Source of the DNA: an uncultured Actinomycetes bacterium
Lineage (GTDB): Bacteria > Actinomycetota > Actinomycetes > S36-B12
Reading direction: 5' to 3'
DNA length: 59,822 bases
Assembly: GCA_937875815.1 (NCBI GenBank)
Contig: CALFHU010000041.1
Span: 1-59,822, forward strand
Within the stretch, counting starts at the first letter, position 1. Each line of letters begins with the position of its first letter. A program made the position numbers and the translations under genes. The notes under the pieces are model-generated. The model was not told the origin of the DNA. It saw only the letters and a program-made list of their open reading frames with translations, and made no database searches. This document shows positions 50,741 to 59,822 of this stretch, one piece after another.

Positions 50741-52198
50741 ATGGACGGACTGCACATCAATGGGGCTTGGGTCTCAGCTCAGGATGCGGCAGTTCGCGAG
50801 ATTCGATGCCCCGCCGATGGCACCTTGGTGGCAACTGTTCCTGAAGCAAGTGCAACAGAGGTTGCCCAGGCTATTGCTGGCGCGCGGTCTACATTTGATG
50901 CAGGGTGGTGGAAGCAAGTATCAGTTGTCGAGCGTGGGGCGATCCTGGCCCGAACCGCAGACCTGATGGAGTCGCGCCTAGAAGAGTTTGCCCGGGCTGA
51001 ATCCTTGGACACCGGCAAACGAATCGCTGAGGCCCGGTATGACATCGCCGACTCCATTCGGTGCATTCGATACTTTGCCAGCCTTGGATCTACTTTTTCC
51101 GGACGTCAGGTGGATACCGGAGATCCCCACATTGTGTCGCGCGTGCAATACGAACCTGTTGGCGTCGCAGTTCTGATCACGCCATGGAATTACCCACTTC
51201 TCCAGGCAGTGTGGAAGGTTGCTCCGGCCATTGCGGCGGGATGCACTTTCGTGCTCAAGCCCAGCGAGTTAACGCCGAGCACGTCCATCATGCTGATGCA
51301 GGCACTAATTGATGCTGGGTTGGCACCTGGCGTGGGCAACTTAATTCTGGGAGCAGGTTCAAGCATTGGTGACTCTCTTACCGCAAGCCCTGATGTTGAC
51401 ATGGTGTCCTTCACCGGCGGCCGTGAAACCGGGAAGCGAGTGATGGCCAGCGCCAGCGCAACCATTAAGAAGGTTGCCCTCGAACTTGGAGGGAAAAATC
51501 CCAACATTATTTTTGCCGACGCTGACATTGAGGCTGCATTAGACAATGCGCTGACCGCCATTTTCCTACACTCAGGGCAAGTCTGCTCGGCTGGCTCTCG
51601 GCTGATCATCGATGAATCTATTCATGAATCCTTTCTACAGGAATTCATCGCGCGCGCGGAGAAGATCCGGATCGGTGGGCCGTTCGACGAAACGGCAGAA
51701 ACAGGAACACTAATCAGTGAAGCACACCGCAACAAGGTGCATGCTTATGTGACACATGCTGTCAGCGAAGGCGCAGATCTTCGCTCTGGCGGCGAGATAC
51801 CCGAAGGACCAGGCTATTTCTACCCACCCACGATTCTTACCAACTGCAACACGAAGATGACCTGTGTCCAAGAAGAGTCATTTGGGCCCGTCGTCACGGT
51901 CGAAACTTTCGCAACGGAAATTGAAGCAATCCAACTCGCTAACGACACCCACTACGGGCTCGCCGGCGCAGTGTGGACACAGGATGCTGGCAAATCGCAG
52001 CGAGTAGCCAACGCACTCAGGCACGGAACGATTTGGATCAATGACTTTCACCCTTATGTGCCACAAGCCGAATGGGGTGGATTTAAACAGTCCGGGAATG
52101 GCCGCGAACTCGGTCCCAGCGGCTTGTTGGAATATCTAGAAGCTAAGCACGTGTACCAGAATATTAATCCTGCGCCTAGTGGCTGGTTCGGCGCATAA
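50741..52198 (+). CDS. betB: Betaine-aldehyde dehydrogenase (NAD-dependent aldehyde dehydrogenase)
   Basis: ALDH motifs ITPWNYPL, LELGGKNP (catalytic Glu) and GQVCSAGSR (catalytic Cys). Confidence 0.88.
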   Translation: MDGLHINGAWVSAQDAAVREIRCPADGTLVATVPEASATEVAQAIAGARSTFDAGWWKQVSVVERGAILARTADLMESRLEEFARAESLDTGKRIAEARYDIADSIRCIRYFASLGSTFSGRQVDTGDPHIVSRVQYEPVGVAVLITPWNYPLLQAVWKVAPAIAAGCTFVLKPSELTPSTSIMLMQALIDAGLAPGVGNLILGAGSSIGDSLTASPDVDMVSFTGGRETGKRVMASASATIKKVALELGGKNPNIIFADADIEAALDNALTAIFLHSGQVCSAGSRLIIDESIHESFLQEFIARAEKIRIGGPFDETAETGTLISEAHRNKVHAYVTHAVSEGADLRSGGEIPEGPGYFYPPTILTNCNTKMTCVQEESFGPVVTVETFATEIEAIQLANDTHYGLAGAVWTQDAGKSQRVANALRHGTIWINDFHPYVPQAEWGGFKQSGNGRELGPSGLLEYLEAKHVYQNINPAPSGWFGA

Positions 52199-52245
52199 AG
52201 CACGGGATTACTTGTTGCAGCAGCGAATGAAATAGAGGAGTGGAA

Positions 52246-53316
52246 ATGACGACTGCCGAGGAGCCAAGTTCTCCGATAACTGATTCGGCGATCTCCGTTC
52301 GCAATCTGTGGAAGGTTTTCGGTCCAGCATCGGACGCCATCGTGGGAACACCCCTTGCCGATTTGAGTCGTACCGAACTGCTCGAGGAAACAGGTTGCGT
52401 GGCTGCGGTAAATGACGTCTCATTTGACGTGGCCGACGGCGAAGTCTTCGTGGTCATGGGTCTGTCTGGTTCCGGCAAGTCAACGCTGGTGCGCTGCTTG
52501 ACCCGGCTCATTGAACCGACCTCGGGTCAGGTGTTCATCGAAGGAGAAGATGTTCTTGCAGCGTCAAAGTCCCGACTCAGGGAGTTGCGCAGAACGAAGT
52601 TCTCCATGGTCTTTCAACATTTTGGCCTGCTCCCGCATCGCTCAGTCATTGACAATATTGCCTTTTCCCTAGAGGTGAATGGTGTCAAAAAAGATAAACG
52701 CCATGCACGTGCCAATGAAGTGATCGAACTAGTTGGGCTAAGCGGCTACGCCGACCACTTCCCCGAGCAACTCTCCGGTGGAATGCAACAACGCGTGGGA
52801 CTTGCTCGCGCACTCGCGGTTAATCCTGAGGTGATGTTTCTTGATGAACCCTTCAGTGCACTAGATCCGCTGATTCGACGTGACATGCAAAATGAAATCG
52901 TGCGTCTTCATAATGATCTCAATAAAACAATGGTTTTCATTACACACGATCTTGCTGAAGCAATGCGCATCGGAGACCGGATTGCCATCATGCGAGATGG
53001 CGCGATGGTTCAAGTGGGGACGCCGACTGAACTTGTTCTCAACCCGGCCGATGACTATGTTGCAGACTTCACAAACGATATTCCAAAATCCCACGTCCTA
53101 CGAGTTTCTGATATTTCAAGCCCCCTCAAGGACCAAACCATCAGCCACGCCAGGCCGGTTGAACATGATGCAATCGTGCGTACGGTCATGCATCGAATTA
53201 TGAGTGACCCTGACCCCATCTCAATTATTCAAAATGGTCAAGTTATCGGCTGTGTGGGTAGAGAAGAGCTACTCACCGTTTTCGCCGAGGATGTCAATGA
53301 GGAACTCAAGGCGTGA
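52246..53316 (+). CDS. Glycine betaine/choline ABC transporter ATP-binding protein (ProV/OpuAA-like)
   Basis: Walker [10 protein letters not shown], signature LSGGMQQRV, Walker [13 protein letters not shown]-terminal regulatory extension. GAGGAG RBS before ATG 52246. Confidence 0.9.
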   Translation: MTTAEEPSSPITDSAISVRNLWKVFGPASDAIVGTPLADLSRTELLEETGCVAAVNDVSFDVADGEVFVVMGLSGSGKSTLVRCLTRLIEPTSGQVFIEGEDVLAASKSRLRELRRTKFSMVFQHFGLLPHRSVIDNIAFSLEVNGVKKDKRHARANEVIELVGLSGYADHFPEQLSGGMQQRVGLARALAVNPEVMFLDEPFSALDPLIRRDMQNEIVRLHNDLNKTMVFITHDLAEAMRIGDRIAIMRDGAMVQVGTPTELVLNPADDYVADFTNDIPKSHVLRVSDISSPLKDQTISHARPVEHDAIVRTVMHRIMSDPDPISIIQNGQVIGCVGREELLTVFAEDVNEELKA

Positions 53317-55268
53317 AAGTGTGGATAGAAGCTCACGTACCGGATTTCTTGCGCCGTAAATCAGTAATGATTGTCGGTTTACTCATCATTTGGTTTGCCC
53401 TTGGTCGAATATTCAAAGGGATCCATACCCTGGACCTCGGAAACTCACAAGACACCCCAACAACTGAAGTCCTCGGGCAATTTGCTGCCAATATTCGTGC
53501 TGCCCGAGCCGAGAATCCCATCTTCGTCTATGTTTTTAACCCTTTCCGTCAGGGGATCGAGAGTTTCATTGAAGCAATTCGCTCGGTTATCTCTGAGCCC
53601 GCATCCGGTGCCCTCATTCCCTTCATCGGATGGCTTGGCGTGTTGGCACTGATCGGATTAATCGTCTTCTCCACATCAAACTGGCGATCTTCTCTGCTTT
53701 CCATGACTTTGATCTTCGGCTGTGGAGTTCTAGGTATGTGGCAGTACTCCATGGATACTCTCGCCCTCACTCTTGGGTCCGTGGTTCTTTCACTGACAAT
53801 CGCGCTCCCCATCGGTATCTGGGCCGGGCTCAATGACCGAGTTATGAAAATGATCCGACCGATGTTGGATCTTGCGCAAATCTTGCCAACTTTGGTGTAT
53901 TTGGCCCCTCTTGCATTGGTTTTTCTAATTGGAGTGGCCGCTTCAACTATCGCTACCATGATCTACAGCATTCCGATCGGCATTCGAATTACCGCCCATG
54001 CAATTCGAAGCCTGCAGAATGGGCCGATAGAGGCCGCCGAGTCCATGGGTTCCACCCGGTGGCAGAAATTGACCAAGGTGCAATTACCCATGGCGAAACG
54101 AACCATTATTTTGGGTGTTAATCAAACAACCCTTGCCGCACTTTCTTTCGTTGTTATCGCCGCACTTATTGGTGCGCCAGGTCTCGGAGAGCCGGTGATC
54201 CAAGCACTCTCTATTCGCAATATTGGCGACGGCGTCACTGCTGGTCTGGCTGTTGTTCTTATTGCCGTCATGCTCGATCGCTCAACAACCGCGGCGGTAA
54301 CTCACAGCAATCAATTACCACTCACCGGTGGGGAGCTCCTCTTCAGGAGAATATCTGTCGCTGTAGCGGCCCTGGCCACTTTAATAGCCATCATCGTTTC
54401 ACGTCAACAACTCTGGGCGGCCATTTTTCCCGAATCGTTGAACTTTCGGGACCCTATCGGAGGTGCGGTCGATACGTTCACCGAATGGTTTACTTCGACT
54501 TTCTACTTCCTAACGACTTCCTTCAACGAAGTATTCACCCTCAATATTTTGAATCCCATTGAATACCTGCTGGCTGATGCGCCCTGGTACTTGACCATCA
54601 TCATGATTTCACTGATAGCGGCAATAGTCGGTGGGCGTGCGGTGGCGCTTCTGTCAGCAGTACTCCTGCTCCTCATAGTCTGGATCGGCCTGTGGAATGA
54701 CACGATGATTACCCTGACCCAGGTTCTCATTGCAACCGCGGTAGTAATGATCATCGGAGTAGTGCTTGGAGTAATGGCCGGACGTAATGCAAAATTTGAA
54801 AGATTACTCAAACCACTTCTCGATGCTGGGCAAACTCTGCCTGCATTCGTCTATCTAGTTCCGGTGCTCGCCCTTTTCGGTCCAACGCGATTCGCCGCTA
54901 TAGTCTGCGGAGTTTTTTATGCGTCCCCCGTTGTTGTTCGCGTGGTTGCCGACGGAGTGCGTGGCGTTCCAAAGGAAATGGTCGAGGCAGCAATCGCTTC
55001 GGGGTCAAGTACGACCCAAGTTGTTACTAAAGTGCAACTTCCTGCATCGAAGAAATCCCTTCTTTTGGGTGCGAATCAGGGTTTAATTTTCGTATTGGCA
55101 GTCGTCGTAATTGGCGGCCTTGTCGGAGCCGGGGGCCTCGGCTACTTGGTCTTGCAGGGAGCATCAAAACCGGAGCTCCAGGGAAAGGGATTAGCCGCAG
55201 GTCTGGCTATCGTGCTTCTTGGGATTGTGATGGACCGCATCGCGCACGCAAGCGCAAAGCGGAGTTGA
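53313..55268 (+). CDS. Fused tandem ABC permease (two ProW/OpuAB-type domains in one 651-aa chain)
   Basis: Two complete EAA loops: [30 protein letters not shown] and [30 protein letters not shown], each within a separate set of TM helices. Confidence 0.9.
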   Translation: MKVWIEAHVPDFLRRKSVMIVGLLIIWFALGRIFKGIHTLDLGNSQDTPTTEVLGQFAANIRAARAENPIFVYVFNPFRQGIESFIEAIRSVISEPASGALIPFIGWLGVLALIGLIVFSTSNWRSSLLSMTLIFGCGVLGMWQYSMDTLALTLGSVVLSLTIALPIGIWAGLNDRVMKMIRPMLDLAQILPTLVYLAPLALVFLIGVAASTIATMIYSIPIGIRITAHAIRSLQNGPIEAAESMGSTRWQKLTKVQLPMAKRTIILGVNQTTLAALSFVVIAALIGAPGLGEPVIQALSIRNIGDGVTAGLAVVLIAVMLDRSTTAAVTHSNQLPLTGGELLFRRISVAVAALATLIAIIVSRQQLWAAIFPESLNFRDPIGGAVDTFTEWFTSTFYFLTTSFNEVFTLNILNPIEYLLADAPWYLTIIMISLIAAIVGGRAVALLSAVLLLLIVWIGLWNDTMITLTQVLIATAVVMIIGVVLGVMAGRNAKFERLLKPLLDAGQTLPAFVYLVPVLALFGPTRFAAIVCGVFYASPVVVRVVADGVRGVPKEMVEAAIASGSSTTQVVTKVQLPASKKSLLLGANQGLIFVLAVVVIGGLVGAGGLGYLVLQGASKPELQGKGLAAGLAIVLLGIVMDRIAHASAKRS

Positions 55269-55310
55269 AACCCACCCAAATCGGGTGGGTCGGATAGAAG
55301 GGGAAACCGA

Positions 55311-56345
55311 ATGAGGAGAAACCTCACAAGGCGCATGGCTGCGCTGCCGCTCGTGGCAGTCGCTGGTCTCGTGCTTGCAGGTTGTGGTGAAAGCGTTAAT
55401 GAAGCCACAACTGAGACTGCAACAAGTGAAGAAGCGGTGGTTACTGAGGAAGAAACCGTAACCGAAGAAGCCGTAGCCGAAGTTGCAGAATGTGGCGACT
55501 GGGGAGTCGCGATGCACGGCTGGGTTGGCTACACCGCCTCAGCTCAAGTGATCACTGAAGTCGCCAAGAATGCACTCGGGTGCACCATTGAGCAAACTCA
55601 ACTCGAAGAAGCTGCTGTCACCTATGACGCTATGGAAGCTGGCTCCGTTGACGTTGTCATCGAAGACTGGGGCGGCGGCCGTTGGCAAGAATGGGTGGAC
55701 CGCGGCGCGGTTCAGGAAGTTGGGACCAACGGCAACGTGGGCCTGATCGGCATGTACGTCCCGCAGTGGATGGCAGATGAATACCCTGACATCACCGACG
55801 GAACAAAACTCAACGACTACGTCGACCTATTCAAGACTCCTGAAACTGGCGACAAGGGTGCTTGGTATGAAGGCCCTCCCGGTTACACCACCATCGGTGA
55901 GAAAATGATTGATGCTTACGACCTGGACTACCAGGTTGTATCCACGGGGTCCGAAGCTGCTCTGATTGAGCTCTTCACCCAGGCAACGGATAACAAGACG
56001 GCGGCACTTGGTTACTTCTATGATCCACAGAACTTCTTGGCTCAGGTTGCATTGGCTCGGGTTAACTTCCCCGCCAACGACTGGAGCAGCACAGAAGAAG
56101 CAAGTGGTCTGACCGACTACCCGGAATCGCCTCTAATGAAGCTCGGAACCACTGAGCTCATGGAGTCGGGATCACCATTTGTGACTCTGCTCACCAACTT
56201 CAGCTGGACCAATGCCGACCAGAACGGGGTCGCAGCGGACATTGAAGGTGGAATGACGCCAGAAGAAGCAGCACAGAAATGGATCGACGCCAACACAGAC
56301 ACGGTCAATGCGTGGCTTGCTGGCACCGGCGCCTCAGTCGGCTAG
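55311..56345 (+). CDS. Glycine betaine/choline-binding lipoprotein (ProX/OpuAC-like)
   Basis: Lipobox LVLAGC|GE, acidic Glu/Thr/Val linker, substrate-binding domain with Trp-rich (aromatic box) segments. Confidence 0.88.
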   Translation: MRRNLTRRMAALPLVAVAGLVLAGCGESVNEATTETATSEEAVVTEEETVTEEAVAEVAECGDWGVAMHGWVGYTASAQVITEVAKNALGCTIEQTQLEEAAVTYDAMEAGSVDVVIEDWGGGRWQEWVDRGAVQEVGTNGNVGLIGMYVPQWMADEYPDITDGTKLNDYVDLFKTPETGDKGAWYEGPPGYTTIGEKMIDAYDLDYQVVSTGSEAALIELFTQATDNKTAALGYFYDPQNFLAQVALARVNFPANDWSSTEEASGLTDYPESPLMKLGTTELMESGSPFVTLLTNFSWTNADQNGVAADIEGGMTPEEAAQKWIDANTDTVNAWLAGTGASVG

Positions 56346-56368
56346 TAACTATCTAGGTACTACCAACA

Positions 56369-56404
56369 GTGCAGGCCCGGTCGATGATTCGACCGGGCCT
56401 GCAC
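56369..56404 (+). terminator. Perfect 16-bp stem / 4-nt loop hairpin after the ABC operon
   Basis: GTGCAGGCCCGGTCGA tgat TCGACCGGGCCTGCAC, 24 nt after the stop codon. No U-tract, as is common for actinobacterial terminators. Confidence 0.7.
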
Positions 56405-56456
56405 GTATCTCCGCTAGATTTGACTTGTAATCAAAAAGATCCGAATAAGGATTTTC

Positions 56457-56786
56457 ATGCACATCGAAGTGGCCATCGATATTAGTGACCCGACAACGGC
56501 CCTACCGTTTTACGCCGAAGTCCTGGGCTACCGGTCAAGTCACGTCGACAATATGCGCTAGGCGACCGACCCGACCTATTTCGCTTTGAAGGATCCTGTC
56601 GGCACCGGACCAAAATTTATTTTCCAAGTTGTCTCGGAAAAATTGACCGTAAAGAACCGAATGCACCTCGATTTCCACATCATGGTTGGGTACCCGCCGC
56701 GACAGCTAAAGCCTCAGTTCACATTGGCTGGGCATCACTCGACGGCAAAATCGACGCAATCACGGTATTCGAGGGTGCGCGTGTAG
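56457..56786 (+). pseudogene. Glyoxalase/VOC-fold gene interrupted by in-frame TAG, with a degenerate 3' half
   Basis: One frame reads MHIEVAIDISDPTTALPFYAEVLGYRSSHVDNMR*ATDPTYFALKDPVGTGPKFIFQVVSEKLTVKNRMHLDFHI... (TAG 56559..56561). This is the typical VOC pattern (..FY...LGY; P.L.FQ.V.E.K..KNR.HLD). The C-terminal third no longer resembles the family. Confidence 0.5.
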
Positions 56787-56929
56787 GTGTGCTCGTTAAC
56801 GCCTAGCGAACCGCCGCTAAGATTATCGGACTAAGCACCAAGATTTGCTTTTGCTTCGCTCACCCCGACACCGATTTTAGGCGATACACCCATCGGTGGT
56901 AAGGACAAAAACTATTTAAAGGGGTAATC

Positions 56930-57133
56930 ATGCGTAAAAAGACACTCACCACATTTATCGCTACAGGAGCTCTCATCGTGGGGCTATCTGCTTGTTCAGC
57001 TGGTACCTCTGAAGTAGAACAGGTCGGTGACACTAATAGCGACACCTCAATCGATATTTCACCGACTATTAGTGGCGATGAGAGTGTGGACCTGGGAGAC
57101 ATCGATACGGGCGAAGGTAACAGCACCAATTAA
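56930..57133 (+). CDS. Small acidic lipoprotein (67 aa)
   Basis: AAAGGGG RBS, lipobox VGLSAC|S, and a mature part rich in Asp/Glu/Ser/Thr. Confidence 0.6.
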   Translation: MRKKTLTTFIATGALIVGLSACSAGTSEVEQVGDTNSDTSIDISPTISGDESVDLGDIDTGEGNSTN

Positions 57134-57282
57134 ATCGTGAACTCGTAAAGGCAGAAATTTAAGGCATCAAAGTCAACGGTGAATTGTGTTCGCACTTTCT
57201 TTCCTGTGCTTCCCCACACCCGATGCACGACGCCCCGGATGACACCTCCCGCTTGGGCGGTTCCAGGCTCGGTGGCGTCTTA

Positions 57283-58293
57283 TTAGAATTGGGACCACTG
57301 GTCTTCAATGCTTTCCATGCCGGGTTCAGAGTTCCCAAACTGAAATTCCCGAGCACACCCGTGAAACAACGAACCGTCCATTACCGACTCATGCTCAATC
57401 AACTGGTTGTCCATCATGAGTAACAAAGCCGCGGCCCCTTTACGATCAGGGCTATTCTCTCTCAGGCCGCTACTTTCACTCAAAGATTGACGGGCTTGTT
57501 CGTAAATAAGTTCTCGCCCCTTGTCTTGATCACCATTCACTAAGAGCATCGTGGAAAAATAGTGAGCGCCCCCTTCAACCATCCACCGAGTCGTGCTGTC
57601 CTCGGCGTCGCCTGCGGTACGACACTGACCCTCTTCTTCTAAGTCCTGTTGGAATGCATGATAAAGCTCGTGCAGAACAAAGACCTCGGTTTCTGATGCG
57701 GGTTCTCGATTACGAAGACTGTCGGTGAGCCCAATGCCCACCACTCGCGTGTGCGGGCACAAGGCCCTCATGTGCGACGCGTCGCCACCGCGCTCAAGAT
57801 ACCTGCGGTAAACCTCGATCTCATCCGCCCGGTACTCCGCGTTCTGAGACATGCATCCGTCAGCGTCAAGCCACGCCTCAAACTCTGCCATAAGGGAATC
57901 AATCTGCTCTTGACTGAGCAGCTTTTCGTGTTCTACTGATTCACTCTCTGGGATTTCCTGGAGAGGGTCGATTCGCTCACCCACGTCATACACGAGCATC
58001 AAGACGTTCGAAACTCGCGATTGCATTTGCCCCTCAGCCAGCCCAGCCCAGCCCAGTAAAACCCCATCGTCGAGGCTAGAGCCGTTCAAAAGTGTGACCG
58101 TTGATGAATCCTGCGGGCGCTCCGACCCTGCCTCGTCTGAAGTTTCTTCCTCCGCGGTAGTCACCTCGCCCGTAGCCATATTCGACGGCGTGGGATTGTC
58201 GTTGACGTCGTTGTCTGCTACTTCACCAGAGCCACATGCGACAAGCAAAGCAAGGAGAACGGGTAGAAGAATCGCATGAACGACTCGGGTCAT
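57283..58293 (-). CDS. Lipoprotein with HExxH...EGGAHYF gluzincin-type metallopeptidase motif (Peptidase_MA-like)
   Basis: Start set at ATG 58293 (MTRVVHAILLPVLLALLVAC|GS lipobox). Acidic low-complexity linker. VLHELYHAFQ followed about 25 residues later by WMVEGGAHYF (candidate third zinc ligand Glu). Confidence 0.7.
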   Translation of the reverse strand: MTRVVHAILLPVLLALLVACGSGEVADNDVNDNPTPSNMATGEVTTAEEETSDEAGSERPQDSSTVTLLNGSSLDDGVLLGWAGLAEGQMQSRVSNVLMLVYDVGERIDPLQEIPESESVEHEKLLSQEQIDSLMAEFEAWLDADGCMSQNAEYRADEIEVYRRYLERGGDASHMRALCPHTRVVGIGLTDSLRNREPASETEVFVLHELYHAFQQDLEEEGQCRTAGDAEDSTTRWMVEGGAHYFSTMLLVNGDQDKGRELIYEQARQSLSESSGLRENSPDRKGAAALLLMMDNQLIEHESVMDGSLFHGCAREFQFGNSEPGMESIEDQWSQF

Positions 58294-58501
58294 GCATTTG
58301 ACCATACCGGATCTCGACTCAGATGCAGCCTTGGTTGCTCTTGAATATCTAAAGTGTGAGGCACATGCGCAAGACATACACAACTACCTGCAACGGGCAC
58401 GGGATGACATAGGGCGTCGAGATGTCAGACCTCCCTGCATGGCATGGACATATCCAGATCTTCGTGTGTTGGCAGTTATGACTGCAATTGACCTGCCCCG
58501 G

Positions 58502-58860
58502 TTAATGTGCCGGAGTGGGTGTTAGTTCCATGTTGTTGTGATACCAGTTTTTCTTGAATTCGTGCGGTGTCATGAATCCCAGTTATGAGTCGGGTCGGGT
58601 TGTAGTCCTGAGGAAGTCCTCGGCCATGATTTTCACCCCGAGCAGGGTGGCGTGACGGAGGATGCGCGGCTCATCGGTGGCCAGATCGATGCCACTTTTT
58701 CACCGAAGCCGGTATCAATACTGTTCAAGTGGTATCCCTTTTTGTGTGGTCGCTGCCGCACCCTCAAGATTAACGCCCTACGCCAGCGCGGCTATGTTCA
58801 CAACAAAAATCCTACAAGAACGGACCGACGCAATACGAGTGCAATAAAACCGAGGGCACT
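58502..58860 (-). mobile_element. Degraded transposase remnant (DDE integrase-core C-terminus, IS3-like), frameshifted and internally deleted
   Basis: The minus strand ends ...GFMTPHEFKKNWYHNNMELTPTPAH* (stop 58502..58504). It is preceded, in shifted frames, by ...LLGVKIMAEDFL / DYNPTR..., the usual EA..I..FI..YN..RPHS.LG..TP.EF tail of IS3-type OrfB. No intact ORF or terminal inverted repeats were identified. Confidence 0.45.
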
Positions 58861-59044
58861 CCCAATCGAAAACTGGCTTCACACCGTGAAACGCATGGAG
58901 ACTTCTCGTGTCAATGGGTGGCCCAGATAAGGGAACTGGCGACGATGAACCCAACATTTGGGATTGCCCCAGAGACTGGATTATTCGCCGCATCCCCGGT
59001 AGCCTTTCGCCAACGCATTTCCACGCTGAGTCTGGAGGTACAGA

Positions 59045-59197
59045 ATGTTCGCACTCGTCGTGCTCGCTTTTCTTGTTGCCTTCGCCTTGATCTGGACCGG
59101 TAGACGCAAGCCGGCAATAGCACTGGCCGTCGTTCTGCAATTCGCCTGTGTTGGCTTTTACTTCACCCACTCCTACCATGTGAACTGGCCATGGTAA
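59045..59197 (+). CDS. 50-aa two-TM membrane peptide (below the ORF-track length cutoff)
   Basis: GGAGG at 59034..59038, 6 nt before ATG 59045. MFALVVLAFLVAFALIWTGRRKPAIALAVVLQFACVGFYFTHSYHVNWPW*. Its stop overlaps the next start (ATGGTAA). Confidence 0.45.
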   Translation: MFALVVLAFLVAFALIWTGRRKPAIALAVVLQFACVGFYFTHSYHVNWPW

Positions 59198-59822
59198 CCG
59201 GACCTCCGGAGTCCACTTCGGCATCGACCACAGTCGACAAAACTCCGAGCCGAAAATTTACTGCACTCTTTCGGGACAGCGAGCGCTTTGAGCTGCTCTC
59301 CGACACTCGCGCAACCGGTCTCGCCCGGGGGTTGAACTACTTAGGACTGGTCATACCGCTGTTGGTGGTGTTAGCGGCCATCGTCACGCAGGTCGTGAGT
59401 GGGGAACTTCCATGCTCACACTGCAACATGGAGAGATTGGGCTATTTCACCCTCGCTCTCGGACCAGCACTCAACCTCAAGTTCGGGGTCCGGCCCAGCC
59501 ACTACGGAATCAGTCTTGCGGGAGCCATGTTCCTCGGGGCGGTATCGCTAGACATGATGGTTCGCGTCGCACAAAACGTCGGTCCGGCCGGGTGGGGGCC
59601 TGTCGTTTTGGGACTTCACGTCAACAGTTGGTCATTGATTATTTCCATAGTCGCCGGCGTCGGCGTGGTGTTGATGCTTTTGTGGGAACGACAATTTGAT
59701 TTAGAACGCCTCCACAGGACAGCCCTTGGATGGCCCACAGGCCTACTTCTCTCGATCGCCATGATCGTTGTAATGGGAGTCGTTGCGCTCGACCTAATCT
59801 CAGTCATTTTCGAGTGCGGGCC
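59191..59822 (+). CDS. DsbB/BdbC-like disulfide bond formation membrane protein, 3'-truncated by window edge
   Basis: Open frame from ATG 59191 to the window end, absent from the track because it has no stop. Four TM segments, and a CxxC in the first external loop in a DsbB-like context (LPCSHCNMERLGYF). Reaches ...FECG at the edge. Confidence 0.55.
   Translation, partial: MVTGPPESTSASTTVDKTPSRKFTALFRDSERFELLSDTRATGLARGLNYLGLVIPLLVVLAAIVTQVVSGELPCSHCNMERLGYFTLALGPALNLKFGVRPSHYGISLAGAMFLGAVSLDMMVRVAQNVGPAGWGPVVLGLHVNSWSLIISIVAGVGVVLMLLWERQFDLERLHRTALGWPTGLLLSIAMIVVMGVVALDLISVIFECG

Noticed and set aside
58778-59224. 148-codon minus-strand ORF and overlapping short ORFs (58908..59123).
   Set aside because: This ORF spans the transposase wreckage and runs antisense to the RBS-equipped small membrane ORF. 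Its translation is Cys/Pro/Arg-rich and has no homology pattern.

Overview
Gene-dense chromosomal window (about 90% coding, many ATGA/GTGA/TAATG start-stop overlaps) from an actinobacterium. The lineage call rests on the genes hspR after dnaJ, bldC, DUF3073 and DUF3151 next to class II aldolase; a streamlined aquatic lineage is an inference. From 1 to about 40.6 kb the content is core housekeeping. It holds a contiguous dnaK-grpE-dnaJ-hspR-clpB heat-shock operon, pyrE, fba and purA. It also holds a nucleoside/nucleobase-type BMP ABC importer operon ending in a yeast-Fcy1-type cytosine deaminase, with a divergent PucR regulator and a class III aminotransferase. A near-complete purine supercluster follows (purD-purB-purC-[galE]-purS-purQ-purL-[SCP-like]-purF-purM), then Leu/Val dehydrogenase, bldC and a PlsC-type acyltransferase. 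From about 40.6 kb onward the window is more accessory. It contains a secreted staphylococcal-nuclease protein with two lamin-tail domains, a tiny Cys-rich protein and an uncharacterised coupled two-gene module. It also contains a secreted protein preceded by six tandem ATTGAAT heptamers, an HxlR regulator beside about 0.9 kb of decayed DNA, and two cation transporters. A choline-to-glycine-betaine locus (betA, betB, ProU-type ABC importer with a fused double permease) is preceded by a patch of gene wreckage: an MFS fragment with an in-frame stop and the C-terminal stump of an MttB-superfamily methyltransferase. The last 3.5 kb is an islet with a glyoxalase-fold pseudogene, two lipoproteins (one with an HExxH metallopeptidase motif), a degraded transposase remnant, and an untracked 50-codon membrane ORF overlapping a DsbB-like gene that runs off the window. 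I found no rRNA, tRNA, CRISPR array, intact mobile element or recognisable defence system. No single clearly novel multi-gene system is evident; the most unusual items are listed as findings with calibrated interest.
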